This document shows, piece by piece, positions 42,940-58,253 of a DNA stretch of 64,000 nucleotides. The position numbers and the translations under genes were made by a program. Each line of letters starts with the position of its first letter. The stretch's first letter is position 1. The notes beneath the pieces are model-generated. The model saw only the letters and a list, made by a program, of their open reading frames with translations. It searched no databases and was not told where the DNA came from. The stretch covers positions 90,582,001 to 90,646,000 of the forward strand of contig OX597820.1 of NCBI GenBank assembly GCA_951406725.2. Reading direction: 5' to 3'. Source of the DNA: Octopus vulgaris. Its lineage: Eukaryota.

Positions 42940-43970
42940 CTGTTTGACTACTTCTTCCTTTACTTTATTTAATCATGCTGCATCTCTGTTATGATTGACT
43001 GGCTTATCCCAGATAAAACTCTAGAACTCATCTTCAGTACTTTCTTCCGCACTATTTATTTGGCTATATAATCTACTCTGGTCATTCTCAGACAATCTGT
43101 TCTGTTGATACTGATCTATTCTTTTCTGATATTTAGAAAGCTTACCTACTACTGTTATGATAGGCTATTTCACTCTTCCATGACTATCCCAGATTCTTTC
43201 TCTTTGAATAAGTATCTTTTATCAACAGATTTAAATCTTGTCTTTCCTCACTTGTTCAGTTTCCAGGCTTCTATACTACTCAGACCTTGTCTTAAGGTCT
43301 TCACTTTATTTTTTAAACGCCTGTTCAACATTCGCTCTTTTCTAATCTTTCCTTGTGGGTTATCTAATCTTCTACTAACTACTACCTTTCCTACATAAAT
43401 CAATAAGTTAGTGACACTTATTTATTTAGTAGCTTTCCTAACGATAGTGGAATCTACATTCATAGTCATACCTAGCAGCCTCCTTTTGTCGGTATCATTT
43501 AATGCTGGTAATCGCTTTCTTTCTTCTTTACTCGCTGCTTCCTTAAGTCATCTAAAACCTTCTGATCCATGCCACTAAGTTGCTGAGTTCACTAGTGCAG
43601 CTAGTCCCTTCCTGATCGGTAGTACTATAATTCTTTTAGGTTATACTCAATTTTGAACTGTGTCTTTTATGTTGTTGTTTGGCTTTTCTACTCCTTGGTC
43701 TCCTTTTTTAGTTCCCTTGTGATTTTTCCCACCTACAATTCTGTCATCTTGTCTCGCATAAGCTGAAGTAAACGGCGTTAACCTTTTGACATAACGCCGC
43801 TTATAGACGTGCGTTGAAGCTTCTTTCATAAACGAGTTGTCCGAGGCGTTGTGGGGTTTGTTCATTTTATTGAATGTTTACCATATGAGATTTTTCCTGT
43901 ATGTTTTCGGGATTGCAGCACTGTAGTATGCGTATATCACATCATTGTAGTCGTCGGCCTCTGTCCATAG
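42940..43970 (-). mobile_element. Decayed R4/Dong-like LINE, N-terminal ORF region
   Basis: Minus-strand KYQKRIDQYQQNRLSENDQSRLYSQIN and WTEADDYNDVIYAYY; purine-rich minus strand with many stops. Confidence 0.6.
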
Positions 43971-44174
43971 TTCTTTTCAGGCTTTGTTATTCGTTTGTGG
44001 CGATGCATCTGACATGACTTACATTAACCGTACTTTTCTTCCATTGTTTTTTCAGATTCATATCTCCTGCTTCGTGGTGGCTTCAGATGTATTCTATCTT
44101 ATTATTATTGTTAATGATGTTGTTGTTGTTGTTATTGTTGCTGTTTCTGCTGTTGTTTTTTGTTGTTGTTGTTG

Positions 44175-44405
44175 TTAAGGCGTTAAATTGGCCCAATCGT
44201 CAGCACTTTGAAAAAGGTATCACCCGGTATATAGTCCGTCGTTTGGTTCAAATTACGTCTGAGTACAAATTACGCCGAGGTGGACTTTTCCTTTCACTAT
44301 TTCGTTGTCGATAAAATAAGTACCAGCTAAGAATTGTGGTTAATGTAATCGGCTAAATCCTCCACTTCGAACTTATTCCAGCGCTGTGCCAAATTTAGAA
44401 AATAT
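44175..44405 (+). mobile_element. Decayed monomeric SINE (9400 family)
   Basis: GAGTACAAATTACGCCGAGGTGGACTTT..GTCGATAAAATAAGTACCAG. Confidence 0.65.
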
Positions 44406-44716
44406 TGTTGTTGTTATTGCTGTTGATATTATTATAGTTGTTGCAGTTGATAGTGTTGGTATTATTACCTTTATTAGTGCATAGTGATGGCGGATATTTT
44501 GATCGAAGATTTCAAATAGCTTATTAGTGAGTTTACTAGTGTGACTATCTATGGATGACTTTCTTGTCAAATATATTTTACGGCTAAGTGATTTAGTGAT
44601 TATCTTCGAAAGTTTTTATGTTAATTCAACGGGTCGAAATATTTAGATTATATTATAATTTAATTTAGTGATAAGTATCTGCGTGGCCATCCACACTTAT
44701 ACATGCATGTGTATTC

Positions 44717-44754
<38 letters not shown>

Positions 44755-44756
<2 letters not shown>

Positions 44757-44945
44757 TTTTATTCTTTTAATTCTTCCAGTCATTTGACTGGTCTACGGCC
44801 ATGCTGGATCATCGCCTTTAATCGAACTAATAGAACCCATAACTTTGTACGTATAGGACATATTTATGGAACACTTTGCTGAACCGTTATGCTGCGGGGA
44901 CATCGGTTGTCAAGCGATGATGGGGAGTGGGTAAACACAGATACG
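44755..44945 (-). mobile_element. 3' fragment of the 25790-family SINE
   Basis: CAGTCATTTGACTG..GGCCATGCTGGA..GCTGAACCG..CATCGGTTGTCAAGCGATG. Confidence 0.65.
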
Positions 44946-44974
44946 CAAATATACACACCATATACATATATATG

Positions 44975-45042
<68 letters not shown>

Positions 45043-45781
45043 GATACTTTCAAAAACATTTTGTGTTGAGTATTGATAACATTGTGTAGAAAGTGAATCC
45101 TTCCAATTATAATATACAAATTCCCTGTATCTTAAGCTTCACATGCTAAAAGTTCTAACATGTACGCAATTAGTCGAACGCTGTGGAGAGATACATTCAG
45201 AATTCACACACCCACACATGCAGATCCTCTGTACACGTACATATATTTTTGAACCTATCGAAAAGCAACGCAATATTGCTGTTCTAACAACTTCAGCCTT
45301 TAGATAAAGAAACAGAACGTAATTGTGAATAAAGTGGAATATATAGCCCGTAAACCATCATAGATAAATGCTTTGGGATTCTGCTCTATTCACCACAGAA
45401 AATCCTACGTAATTATGAAACCTATATTTTAATTAGTCTTCAAAAACAACATGCTACCAAATTCATGAAGGATAAAATAAACACTTGTTCAACCACAGGG
45501 ACACAAAGACACACACAGACATACATAGAGACTCACATAGAAACAAACACGAATGCACCTGATGAATTAGTTCGAATGAATATATATATTTAGTTATGTT
45601 ATGTTCTGTTAAGAACGTATTCGGGTACACTATGAAGCTCATCCAGCTTTAGATTTCACCCAGTACTGTCCAACAGTAGTTTTAAATCTTCTGCCAGATT
45701 TGCGTTGGGCTTCTTTAGTGTGTGAATGTATAATTCAATACGTTGGAGACAACAAGAAGTACAGAGGAAATTTTATTTGCA

Positions 45782-45884
45782 ATCACTACAATTGTTTCCA
45801 CGCAATGTAAATCTCCCGGTTCGCAGGTATTTGTTTATGTAACAGTTTCCCTGCATTATGAGATTTTGTGTTTCTTCAGGTGAT
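45782..45884 (-). ncRNA. Probable type I hammerhead, partly degenerate
   Basis: Minus strand ATCAC-CTGAAGA...GAAAC-AATT-GTA-GTGAT; stem II base imperfect, with internal pairings AAATCTC/GAGATTT and GCAGG/CCTGC. Confidence 0.6.
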
Positions 45885-46399
45885 ATATAAATATTATTTC
45901 CCTGTTCCGTAAACTCAAATTTTCGGCTTCGATCGCATCTTTCTGTTTGTCGTTGCTATACGTCGTAGTAGTAACTTCCCAGTATACCAAAATGTGTGTT
46001 GTCGTTGAAAGTTTGTTGATTAATCAGCTTTAAATATATAAGAAAATATCCTCATAACTGTTGCCCCTGATATTTTAGATGAGATACCATAATGTAATTC
46101 ATCACATCTCCTGGCTGTCGGATTTTTTATTAATGTATTGTAGGTTTTCATTAGGATTGTTGTACGGATAATAAATTCCGTTGATACGTCTTGAGAATTT
46201 ATTAATTTTTATTCCTGTACTGGGGAAGTAGGAGGTTCTATTTTTTTACTTTTTGAAGTTTTAAACCTCAAATGTTCAAGAATTATTCTGTTAACCGTGT
46301 GGCACTTACTTTTCAATAGATTCAATTTGTTATTTAAAACGGGATGACACTTAGGCGCATCGACTGATGTTCAGATACGGCGTATTATGTCGACAAGCA

Positions 46400-46730
46400 C
46401 AATGGTTATAAAACAAAACTTTGATTGATGACTTGCAGAGAAAGGGTTGTGAAATTTTTACTGAGAAATGTTTTCTGGTTAGTCAAGTCTGGCTTGAAAT
46501 TTTTAAGAATCACTTCTTAAACATTACCGGTGAATTTGAAAGAAAATTATGGCTGAATGATGGTACAAAAGAGAGTGAGTATAATATTATTGAAATTGGT
46601 CTTTTCTGGAGGCTTATACCTACTAAAACATTTATTTCTCAAGAAGAAACTCAAGGATTTAAAGCATTTAAAAATCGCCTGAAGTTTCTTCTGGGATGAA
46701 ATGCTCCCAGTGATATGGTGATATGCTTGT
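46400..46730 (+). mobile_element. Tigger/pogo transposase remnant
   Basis: YNIIEIGLFWRLIPTKTFISQEETQGFKAFKNRLKFLLG*NA resembles the Tigger motif FNxDETGLFWKxMPxRTFISxEE..GFKAxKDRLTLLLxxNA. Confidence 0.8.
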
Positions 46731-48475
46731 CATCGTTCCAAAATATCTAATTATTTCTGTTCCTACACTGAGATATACAAAGATATGATTTGCCGTAAGC
46801 ATCAAAGAATTTTAACTAAGTCATTCGCCCCACTAATAGACGATGAACTTTCAGATACAACATAGTGGCCCTCCCCCTTTCAGAATCTTCCATTTTAATA
46901 GCATCACTCACAGAGTAGGCAATACTTCTTTTGATGAAAGCATATTTTTATCTAATCTTTGACATATTTCTCTTCAAATGTTTTTAAATATACCTATTTT
47001 ACTGCGTATATTTAGAAATTATTTGATGGTGTTGCTTCATGCGTGTTCTGTTTTTTTAAACTGAATCCATCCGAACGCATTATCAGTTTATAAGAAAATC
47101 AATACGATTTAATTTCGCGTTACAGGACTTAGCATTACAATTTTTTCACATGGCAAATATTTCCTCAACTCAGAGGTCACGATATGTGCGCATGCTTCTG
47201 TATGTGTGTATGAATTTACGTATGTTTGTATGTATGTATACAACACATTATGCGTGTGATTGTTTGCGTGTGTCTTAGTGTGTTTACATTGAGATACGAA
47301 GCAGCCATAATGAAAATATTATGATTCATATATATCATTTGTCAAATAAAAGGTAAAAGTGAGGTAAGTATTAGGATATCAAAGTACAAGCTGTGGTATG
47401 TAATCGACATATGTACAATTTTAGAAAAGAAGCAATCACTGAACAAATAATGTTATAAACGCTTAAACTGTATGTTTGACGAATGTGTATAAAAAGCCGT
47501 CGGATAAGTTAAATCTTTGGCTAACATTATTTAGCTTCATTTTTTTACAACATAATTCTTAATGCGATTCTTGTCGGAATCTAAACAAAACTATAATTTC
47601 ATATTATGGAACTCTAGGATACAATATTGAAGGAGCTATTGAAATTCCGTTTATAAAGATTATATACGAAATTCTACGAAAGCATCAGATTACGATAATA
47701 TAATTTATTTTAAGTATGAGAAAATAAAATTTAAATGCAAAAAAGTTGCCTTTGAGAAAACAAAGAACAAGATTGAAGTTATCTGAAACTCTAAAAATTT
47801 GTCGAAAATTTCATTACCAAACACTTGTCAACATCTTTCGTATATAAAAATACATTCACTAATATAAATTGGTAATAAAAGGAATACCGAAGAGCATGCA
47901 GGAAAATTACATTAGAAGAATAAAAAAAAATAATAAATGATGCATGTGACGGCTGAATATTTGAAGTTTCCCTGGGTGAAATATTCTATCTATTAGTGAG
48001 AAATCGAGTTTTCCATTAATATCCCGATCTTATATATTATATTTTTAAAATAATATCATCTACACCGAGCAAACAGCATAAGCAGCCTTTTTCTTTATAT
48101 TTTCCAATCATTTATTATCTTCAATTGCAAGTATTCGCAGCACGAATCTCTGCATGTTGCAATCTCTTATGATATATAGTATCCAATAAATATTTGATAA
48201 ATAACAATTTCAGCTACAATATTTCAATATATGTTACCATATTGTATTCATCGTGTAATTATATCAGAATATATTGATTTCTAAAAGTTGTGGAAAATTA
48301 GTATTGTAATTATATAACATTCAGATTTCCTTCCTTCGTCAGAAACAGTCTCAAGCTATCATTGGAACATATACGAACGCATGCGCATATACATATTTAT
48401 ATATATACATATGTGTATACACACACATACACACGCACACACACACACACAAATACATACACACACACAAACACA

Positions 48476-48552
<77 letters not shown>

Positions 48553-50199
48553 CATAGCAGAATAAGTTTATATAACAGAGATAGAAGATAGTTTGAATAC
48601 AATGAAACAAATTTGTCTAGCTTTGATAGTGCATTAATGAATATATTTGTACATAATTAAATTTATAGTAAATAAGCACCTTACATATCTATGTTTTCTG
48701 ATAAGAACGACGTTGAATAAATAGATATGCTTTTCTTAAAACAATTTTAATTATGAAATATACTGAAGTCTGAATTTTCCATTAAATATATTGTCAAATA
48801 TTCATGAGTAATTATATGAAAGTATTTTATACCCTTTAACTATTTAATCGTCGAAATCAAAGACATTTATAAAGTAACGCTATTATATCATCTTAATAGA
48901 ATTTCATACTAATCTAGTTAACTTTTATAAATCATTAAGCACTACAATTTGACGTTTTCATAAATGACAAGCTATCTGCAAATTTTTGTAACATTTTCAT
49001 ACTATTTGGTTTACAAATATTTTGTAGGAATTTTAATGATTTTTAAATAAATTCATAATAAATTTTTATGACCAAAATAACAGTCCAAATATTTAATTTG
49101 CAATATGTAATTAGTTATTCATGCATAATTGAGAACGGTTCTTGATTTTGAATTTAACTTATTAAAGATTATTTGAAATTTGTGTTGTATGTAAATGAGT
49201 GGAAAAGAAATAAAGCGCATAAATATATCAAACTCGAGGGACAAGTTTTTAGTAAAATACATATTTGTTTTTAACCTTACACTGTCGAAATTTTAATAAA
49301 ATCTGTGAAAACATATACTTGTGTATATTTTCTAACCTCAAAAATATTTTAAACATTGAAATAAACGAACAGAAATTATGGTTGCAGAACTTTTTTTCTT
49401 GAGACTCCTTGTTTAATATACTGGCTAATGCTAGATTTTGCATCGTGTAATTCGAAACAAAATATGGGTTTGACTAACACTTTCAACTAATTGGCCCCCA
49501 TAGAGTTTGAAATGGCGATCATTCAATTTCAGAACCATTTGTTGTGCCTAAGTATTTTTATTCGGCCACAGTGTTATAGATAAAATTAATATTGTTTAGT
49601 AGAATAATATGCTATTGTATATCATTTCATTTCTTTTCAATTTCCATTTAGTTTGAGAGTTATCTATTTTCATATATCTCGTTTGTCGTATTCATTTAGC
49701 GTTTCAATTAAAAACAGCAAGCAGAGCAGCCTCCACGTGGTCATATAAATTGCTTGAAATAACGATGAAAGCTCTTTCGAGTCAGAGTCTACTGTCTTGA
49801 GGTCACTTTAGACAACGTAGTCTTATATATGTAAGTGTTTCTCTGCCTTGAAACCCTTTGGTCATAGTTCAACTGAAACTGTGCGGACCAAAGACGAAGC
49901 AAAAATCAATTTCAATAACATTGTTTAGTTTGTCATGACAACATTATTATAGTTTCCTTGTAGTATATCACAAAACTTATGACACACGTCTCATTTTATG
50001 CCACATTGAATATGATCATTCCTAAATGCATTTGATTTTTAGATATATAAAAAATTATTATTGTATGGTCCTGTCCCCTGTTTTCTGTATTGGAATCAAT
50101 AGTTTAGCTAATCATGTTTTATCCTTCTCACTACAAATGTCGTATCAGTTAGAATTGCTCTGTAAACGTAGGAACGGAACCTACTCTGCTACTAAGGTG

Positions 50200-50700
50200 G
50201 TTAATGACTAGTGCTTAATGTTAGGCAAAATGCGGTATTGGTTCCGATTGGTTTCATTGAGTTCAAATACTGCTGCATTTGATTTGACTTCCATCCTCTC
50301 CTACCAATGTAACAAACAGGAGTAAGAGATTGACTGATTAAGAGTTTCTTTAATGGTTCATAGCAGTATTTGTTCTGGTTCTCATTTTGATTTAAAATCC
50401 CAATTGGATGACACAATTAATCCGACACTTAATTTGACAAACACACTCCACTACCTTCAACACACTACAGGCTACTGGAATTATTCAAGTCAATTCAATT
50501 CTCTTGTTTAAGGATATATACTTTCTTTCTCGTATTCGTCTTGCAATCCCAGTAAATGATCATAGCCACAACATTCTCCCTTCAATGAAAGAAATCTATT
50601 GACTATTTTGTGGTAAAATATTGCCTTGAATTAGACGATACGATGGGACTTGAGTTTGTTTGATAACGGCACACAGGGCATTACATAGTTATTGTGTAGT
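50200..50700 (-). mobile_element. Possible decayed LINE RT remnant
   Basis: IIPVACSVLKVVECV weakly resembles RPISLLSxxxKVxE. Confidence 0.25.
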
Positions 50701-52768
50701 ATTATTTAGCAGGTTTCTTTACTCCGTGATTGTTTGACAGGACGAAAGTTAATCATGTTACATAAAATAATGATCAAGAATATGTTCTACATTTATAAAT
50801 TTAATATATTAAGGAAAATATTATTAGTACAAATGCCCAATGTTTGATTTATAAACATGAAATCAGTGCAATGATAGATCCCTGAAAATAATTAAATTTA
50901 ATACCATTGGTAGCACGAATGAAGGTGCGGGGTTATGTATACCATATTAACTTTAAAAACAAGCGTAAAATTTGCACTATATATAAAGGTATTCTTGTAA
51001 ATTAAATTTTGGTTAAAGTAAATGAGAATAATGGACTTTCTATGTATTTGCAAACTCTTGTATTGACAGACATCTAATTTAAATATATTTGGCAATCCAC
51101 TTTGTATTCAATATTCATTGCCCAATGGTTTCAATATATGATGAGATCATGAACGTGTTAGATGTGTAGAATATAGTACAAAAAAACAATTTGTATTGTT
51201 GTAAGATGCTGAATGTTTGAATTTGAAAACGTTTGTTAATCGATATTTTTCGCAGTGCTTTGTTGAACACAGCGAAATTGAATCATGCTGCAGAAAATGA
51301 GGATCGGAATTTTGGCGAAGAGAATTTTCGCCAAAATTTATATTTATAACGTTAAGCATTAGAAGTAATATTTATCTTCGTTGTGGAAATAATTACTATT
51401 GTGAAAAAATATATATAATTGAAACAATTATATCATGGAATAGTCATCATAATTACTTTAAAATGAAATATCTCATGATATGCACCTTAATTTTATTTTG
51501 TGACATTTTAATAGTGATTTCTGACTTATACAGACAGTCGTACATTTAAATACAGGAACAAGCAATTATATAGAATACAGTTACCGATTGATACAATTTC
51601 ATAAAGATATGGAAGATGAAAGTAAAGTAGATGAAAATAAAGGTAGTATGATTCGAATCGAAATTTAAGGGAAGTAATTAGGTTTTGCAAGGTGTTAACA
51701 TACGCTTTTCCACTGTTTATCCTGTAGAGGCCCCTATTTGGTGTAATACATATTTCTATTGCAAAATAAATAAATACAAAATAAAACATGAATGAGGAGA
51801 ATGCTGTCTCGGCAGACATTATGGCTTACAGAGTTTGGTTCTTACACCTTATGCACTGAGCTCTTATCACTCAGGTGTAAACATTGCATTCGTCGTTCGC
51901 AAATTGTAAAATAAATACCATTCAGGATCTCTGTAATATAAAATATGATTTTTCTCCTGTCTACAAATGTATGTGGCCTTGCAGAATTCTTTTGACAAAC
52001 AAGTACAGCTCCATAATATATATCTTTTTAATTTATTAGAATATATATTCTCGAAACATACTGCTATAGCAGTTCTACTCTCCATAAACTGATCATTCCC
52101 ATATATATTTTGTCATTCTGTGAGGAGAGATTCAATATATAATTTTCTTGCAGATTTTACATGCTGTGACAGCTATCTACACCGCCGAATGTAAACAGTA
52201 ATTTACAAGTATACGAGTCACCATTTCCTCTATACCTATTCTCCACACATAAGTACTACTACTTATACTGTACGTGGTAATTTATGTTCACACTGGACTT
52301 TTGCGAAACCGTTCAATCAGCTAAATAACATTCACAAGCATGCCAAACTGTAACGTTCTAACAAGATATTCTACCATAAAAATATGGTTTCTACTGTGTC
52401 ATTCTCTCTATGATACCTTCATGTGCATTTATATTATATGATCTCGGCACAGTTCAAATATTTTACATAGTTGGAGGCTTTGTTGCAAACATACGGAAAA
52501 TTGTTTTCATTAATAATTGATATTCACAAAACAAAATGAGAAATTCCTAGTGCCATATATGTAAACACACACTTAAACACACACACGGACACATGAACAC
52601 ACGCGCATACATACGGACATATGTACGGATATACTCATATATATAGATCTATATCTACATATATTAATAATATCACCGTTCTAGGGTTGCACATCAAAAG
52701 CCATATGTGAATTTATAATACTTACAAGTATTTATACCTGCATAAATATGTGTTATCTGGTATAGCTT

Positions 52769-52868
<100 letters not shown>

Positions 52869-54079
52869 CATATATATATATATAGGCTATATGTGAGTAT
52901 CTATATACACACGATCACATGAGTATATATAAACAAATATGTCTGACCATATCTATTTACCACTTTTGAAAGTGCATAACTCTCTCAAGTCTATTTTAAA
53001 ATCACAACTGTTGCATTCCATCTAATGCCGCGGTGTTACAGACGGGAGTCTGAGTGACGTGGGTAAAGGAGCTGGATAAACATAAGTCCGAAAAGCACAC
53101 TACTTGTTACTAATGACGAAATCCTGAAAAAAAGTAAAATTATCACAGTCCGTGGTCACATATTTCTGACAAATCTCTTACAATACGTGGATTTTTATTG
53201 TGGAACGTTGCATCGCATCACTGCGCCTCCTTCTGCGGCATACATAACCTCAACCAAAAATAAGTTTTACATTTTTTAATAACTGTGTTACATTCATGAA
53301 ACATTTGTTTATTATCAAAATTGAAAAAAATCTCCAAGACAGAAGAATGGAATAATAGCAATCCTTTATCTCAGCTATTTGCAATTAGAGGATGACAATA
53401 AAACCGTGGCGATAGTGTATCACCTTGGTGGCCGGTCGCAGTAATAAAATATCACTGCTAGAAAAGAATACAGATCTCCCTTCGGCCATGGCAATTCTTT
53501 TGATCAAAATATAAGAGACAATATGAAAGAAAATATATTTGAGATAAGGTACTTCCCTAACGTAGTTTGTTTGTCATAAATTTCGTAACGATTTTGATGT
53601 CAAAGCTGAATAACAAAAATTAAAAAGGCACAGCTGCAGCATTTTAATTTAAATTGAATACGCGAAGAACAATAGTAACAGGGAATCACCACAGTATGTT
53701 CGTCCTTCGCTAACTGAAATCATGATAAGGATTTGGAAGTATGACGGATAACAGCTGCAAGTTGCTAGACATAGCATACACTGGCCTAAACCAAAAGACT
53801 TAAAAGGGTAAATAGACAGAGATATCACTGATTAAGAGCGTCAATATCATAATGTTCCATATATACAGTATGAAAAATCTCACAGCCGGCCACCAATAAT
53901 TTTTCCTGCAAAATTGGGGTAACTTATCCTGTTCAGGCTATATTATTATCCTTATCCTGCGTTTGAGAATTTAGAATCACTTCTTTAACTTTGTAGGATA
54001 TCTCAACGCTTCTAACGCAGGCTTCGTTTGTTCGTTTACGTTCATCGTAATTTGAATTTAAAGTATGAAGAGAATTAAA

Positions 54080-54870
54080 TTAGTATGAGGTCAAGAAAAA
54101 AGAGCACAAAACATATCCATTGAATACGGAGAAAGAATTATTAAGTTACACAAGTATGTAATTAATACCAGAAAAGTAGTTAATTTTCATATCTCACAGA
54201 TTGCATATATGTACGAAAGTCTTTTTAAAATTCGATGTACCTTTACACAAGATGGTAAAGTCAAAAGATACTGAATGTGTGACTGTTAAAGCATGAGAAA
54301 ATACTTTACTGTTGTTTTAGCATGCTACGCTGATAGAATAAAACTATCACCATTTTAATCGTTAAAAAAATAAATTACCTGAAGAAATAATAAATAGTAG
54401 CATTTATCTCCTTGAGGCAGAAATGAAATTATGGTTCAACAAAGAGTCATCCAACCGAGTAGGTGATCAGTTGGAGAAACTTGCCGTATGGGGCCAGTTT
54501 ATTTTCATTGGGCCAAGCTTGTTAACAAGGCAAGTTTCAGAAATGAAGACCCAATTAGCTGAATTTTCAGTAACCGTATTTGGAGATTTCTCTCAATAAG
54601 CCAAGAAAATTATTCAAGCGGAAGAATTGGAGCAAGTGGATGAAGTATTCAGATTTTGAAATGACACTAACAGAGAGAAGGAGGTCTACTATTACACTGT
54701 TGTGTGACTGGACAAGAAGTTCATTTATTTCTGTAAAAGGAAAGGTAGTTGCGAAGTCATTTGAAACAATGTGGCATAGAGAATGCCCATAATGGCACTG
54801 GAAATGATTTACTGCTTGAAGAAAATATTCATGACGTAAATCTTACTCTCGGGAATTCCAGTAAAGAAGA
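54080..54870 (+). mobile_element. pogo-family (POGK-like) transposase remnant
   Basis: Frameshifted TVVLACYADRIKL, LEISLNKPRKL..WSKWM, ITLLCDW and LKQCGIENAHNGTGNDLL match pogo DDE and C-terminal motifs. Confidence 0.7.
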
Positions 54871-55694
54871 AGGTATCAGCATTAGGGATGCGAACATTGA
54901 GATTACGTTTACAGGCTTAATGGATGCTGATCTACTTTGTGCAGATCATGTTCTACGATTTACGTTTTATGCATGATGATTAAACAGTTATCATAATTTT
55001 CTGTTTCTTCCTATTTTTTTCCTTGTTGCTACGTACAATAGTCTGCTATTCTCTCAAATATCAGTTTCTGTTAATATGCATTCATTTTGTTTCTTCTTCA
55101 AGGGTACAGTTTAGTGATATTCAAGGAAATTTTGCTTTATCTGCATATGAATTCTGTGTCAATCTGAATTCATTCACATATAATACGTCTTGCTATTTGC
55201 TTTGCTTAAGTTTTGACAATATTGCGTACCTATATTCAGCAATATCAATCTATTTCTGTTTTACTAGGACAGAAAGAAATTGATATCTGCTGGTGTGAAG
55301 TTAAATTATATGATTTCAGACCTTATTCCAAAGTGACATCACAGCATTGCATTTACCTTTACAGAACCATACATTTATCCCTACAATACCCCTTTAAAAT
55401 AGCTTTCAGTAAAATATATAATAAAATATAATAAAAATGTCATTTTTTTACCCCCACGAAATAGCCATGCGTAATAGGGCTACGTCTTATGCAAACGTTC
55501 GTCTGATACGCCGGCAAATACGATTTATGTGTGTGTATTTGTGTGCATATATATATATATATAATATAAATTAGAGGTAAAGCTTGGTGGTTTTATCTCT
55601 AATTCATATTATATATATTTATACTGTGAAATTTTATTTAATCCTAAACCTAATTTTTCCCTGTAAGTTTGGAGCCATACTCCCTAATATTGAG

Positions 55695-55735
<41 letters not shown>

Positions 55736-56746
55736 TCGCTTGTATATATAGTGTGTTACGTTGTGTTTATGTGTTATTTTATGACACACACACAAAAAAA
55801 TGACATCTGAAATGATATGTGTAATAATGAAAGTTAGAGAAATATATACTCATATATATGTATATGTGTATGCATGCGTGATTGTGTATAGGAATTGCGT
55901 ATGTTTGCATAATGATATTTGAGGATGTATTTCAGTACGTACGTATATATGTATGCGAAATGATGTCTGATTTGATCTGATGTAATATTTGCTGTCACTT
56001 TGTTATTTAATACAACAGAAAGACTTAATTGTCATAAATTATTTCAATTTACATCAACTCAGTTAATTTACTTGGTCAATGAAACTATTGTTGTCTATTC
56101 AATTAAATGAAATACATTCTATCATTTAATTCAATCAATGTCTAATGAGTTCCTACAGTCGGTAACCCATCACACTCTAATATCATTATCAAATTCCATA
56201 TGTGTCATAATGTACGATGTTGCTGCATGACAGCTACGAAGAAAAGATTTTCACTTTTTATTGAACTTTTCCCAAATATTTACTCGAAAGCTATGGGTTT
56301 ACGAAAAGATTTGTGGATATTTGGCTTCTAAAATGTCCTCGTTGGTTGTGTATGTATCAAAAGACGTTTTGCAGATACAAGAGATAATTTAAGCTAGATT
56401 ATATCGACTGCAGTGTAAATAGATAAAGTATTTAAATCGTTAAAATATATTTTACCCATCTAAAAGTGAGAACCTTTATATTAATCGTTCATTCATTCTT
56501 AAGGTCAACATTTCATGGTATAACCGTGATAATGCCATTGCGAAAATTACTCTACCACGAAACTGCATTTTGGTTATAGAAATGCGACAGAATGATTTGT
56601 CATCAGGATATATGTGAAATATTAATTCAAGAATTTTAGTTTTGTTAGATGACTAATACATATTCAAAACAGTATTTCTTTAGGTTTCAAAACGCGGTCT
56701 CGGTCCAATGCACACCCAGATACATATGTCTCTTTGTTTGTTTGCA

Positions 56747-56803
<57 letters not shown>

Positions 56804-56808
<5 letters not shown>

Positions 56809-56992
56809 ATCTAAACATCTACAAAGAGAAGACACAACAACGCGGGGACGTGGAATAAGTATAGTGTTATTGGACGCTCAGGAAAGGAAAGAAGGACGAT
56901 TTAACGGTCCGAGTGAAGCCTTTCGACAGAAATATAGAAAAAAGGATGGGAAGACGGAGAAAGAAAATCGCCAACAATACACACGCGGTCAC
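56804..56992 (-). mobile_element. Diverged copy of the 35078-35267 pLTR-like fragment, hammerhead core mutated
   Basis: Shares AGTTAAT..GGACGTGGAA..TATTGGACGCTCAGGAAAG..AAAATCGCCAACA..CACACGCGG and the same (TA)n junction. Confidence 0.7.
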
Positions 56993-57619
56993 ACAAACAC
57001 ACTCACATATATATACATAAGCACGCACGGACACACACATGCACACATGCACACTCACACAGAAGCACACATACACATACAAACACACACACATAGAATT
57101 ATGTGAGGAACGAAAAAAATTATACTAACTACTATTCGATTAATATTATTCTAATATGATGTTGCCAAGTCTATGTGCTAAGTCTTCTTCAATCAAGTAC
57201 AGTATTTTCCATACTTACCACATTCCCTGAATGTGGATCGCTGAAATCATACAAAATATTGTACATGCATAGTCACCAAATATTATAATGAGTGAGAGTA
57301 AGCAGCTGTTTTGAAAAATGGCTTCAAGCGATACTCCGCCTATATTTCATTTGACACACATGAAGATATCCTGTGAAATAATTGAGGTTGGTAAAGAATA
57401 TATTACTCACTCTAATAATATGTCCAAGGGAAACTTCAGTGAAATACTAATAAAAAAAAATTGCAGATATTCACAGCAGATTTATATTTTATGTCATATT
57501 GGGAAATGACTCAACTGCTCTCTATTTTGTTTTTGCGCTTCAGAAAATAATTTATTGAATTACAATCTCTTCTTAAATCAAATGCTCATTGTACTACCGC
57601 AACACTTATTAGCAATTAG

Positions 57620-57778
57620 TCGATGTTGATGATGATGATGAAGATGATGTTGATGATGATGACGTTGACGATGATGACGATAGTGCTGTTATTGGTGATG
57701 ATGAAGACGACGATGATGATGATGACGATAACGATGATGATGAAGATGATGATGAAGATGATGATGATGATGATGATT

Positions 57779-57816
<38 letters not shown>

Positions 57817-57860
57817 ATTGGTGGTGATGATGATGATGAAGATGATGGTAATGATGATGA
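57620..57860 (+). repeat. Degenerate (GAT)n microsatellite
   Basis: Direct reading. Confidence 0.95.
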
Positions 57861-58156
57861 AAAACAGCAGGACCAGCAAGAGGTGGATGGCTACTAAAGC
57901 AAGAAGATAGTCTACTTTGTCGTTGATGATTATATTATAAGCGGAGAAGACATAGATATATGTTTGATCGAGACGTTTGATTCGAACTTCGTGGTTCTAG
58001 GATCAATTCCCGTGCACCGGTTATTGAGCAAGGATCTTCTACCACAAATACGCGTTGACTGTACATGAAATTTGCTACGAAGAAACTGTACGTAAACCCA
58101 CTGTTTGCACACATACAAACACACCACACACATGCACGCACGCACGCACGCACACA

Positions 58157-58249
<93 letters not shown>

Positions 58250-58253
<4 letters not shown>

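Noticed and set aside
48325-48350. CTTCGTCAGAAAC, similar to the 35.2-kb HHR core
   Set aside because: The matching GTTTC/stem II half is missing, so it is not a complete motif.
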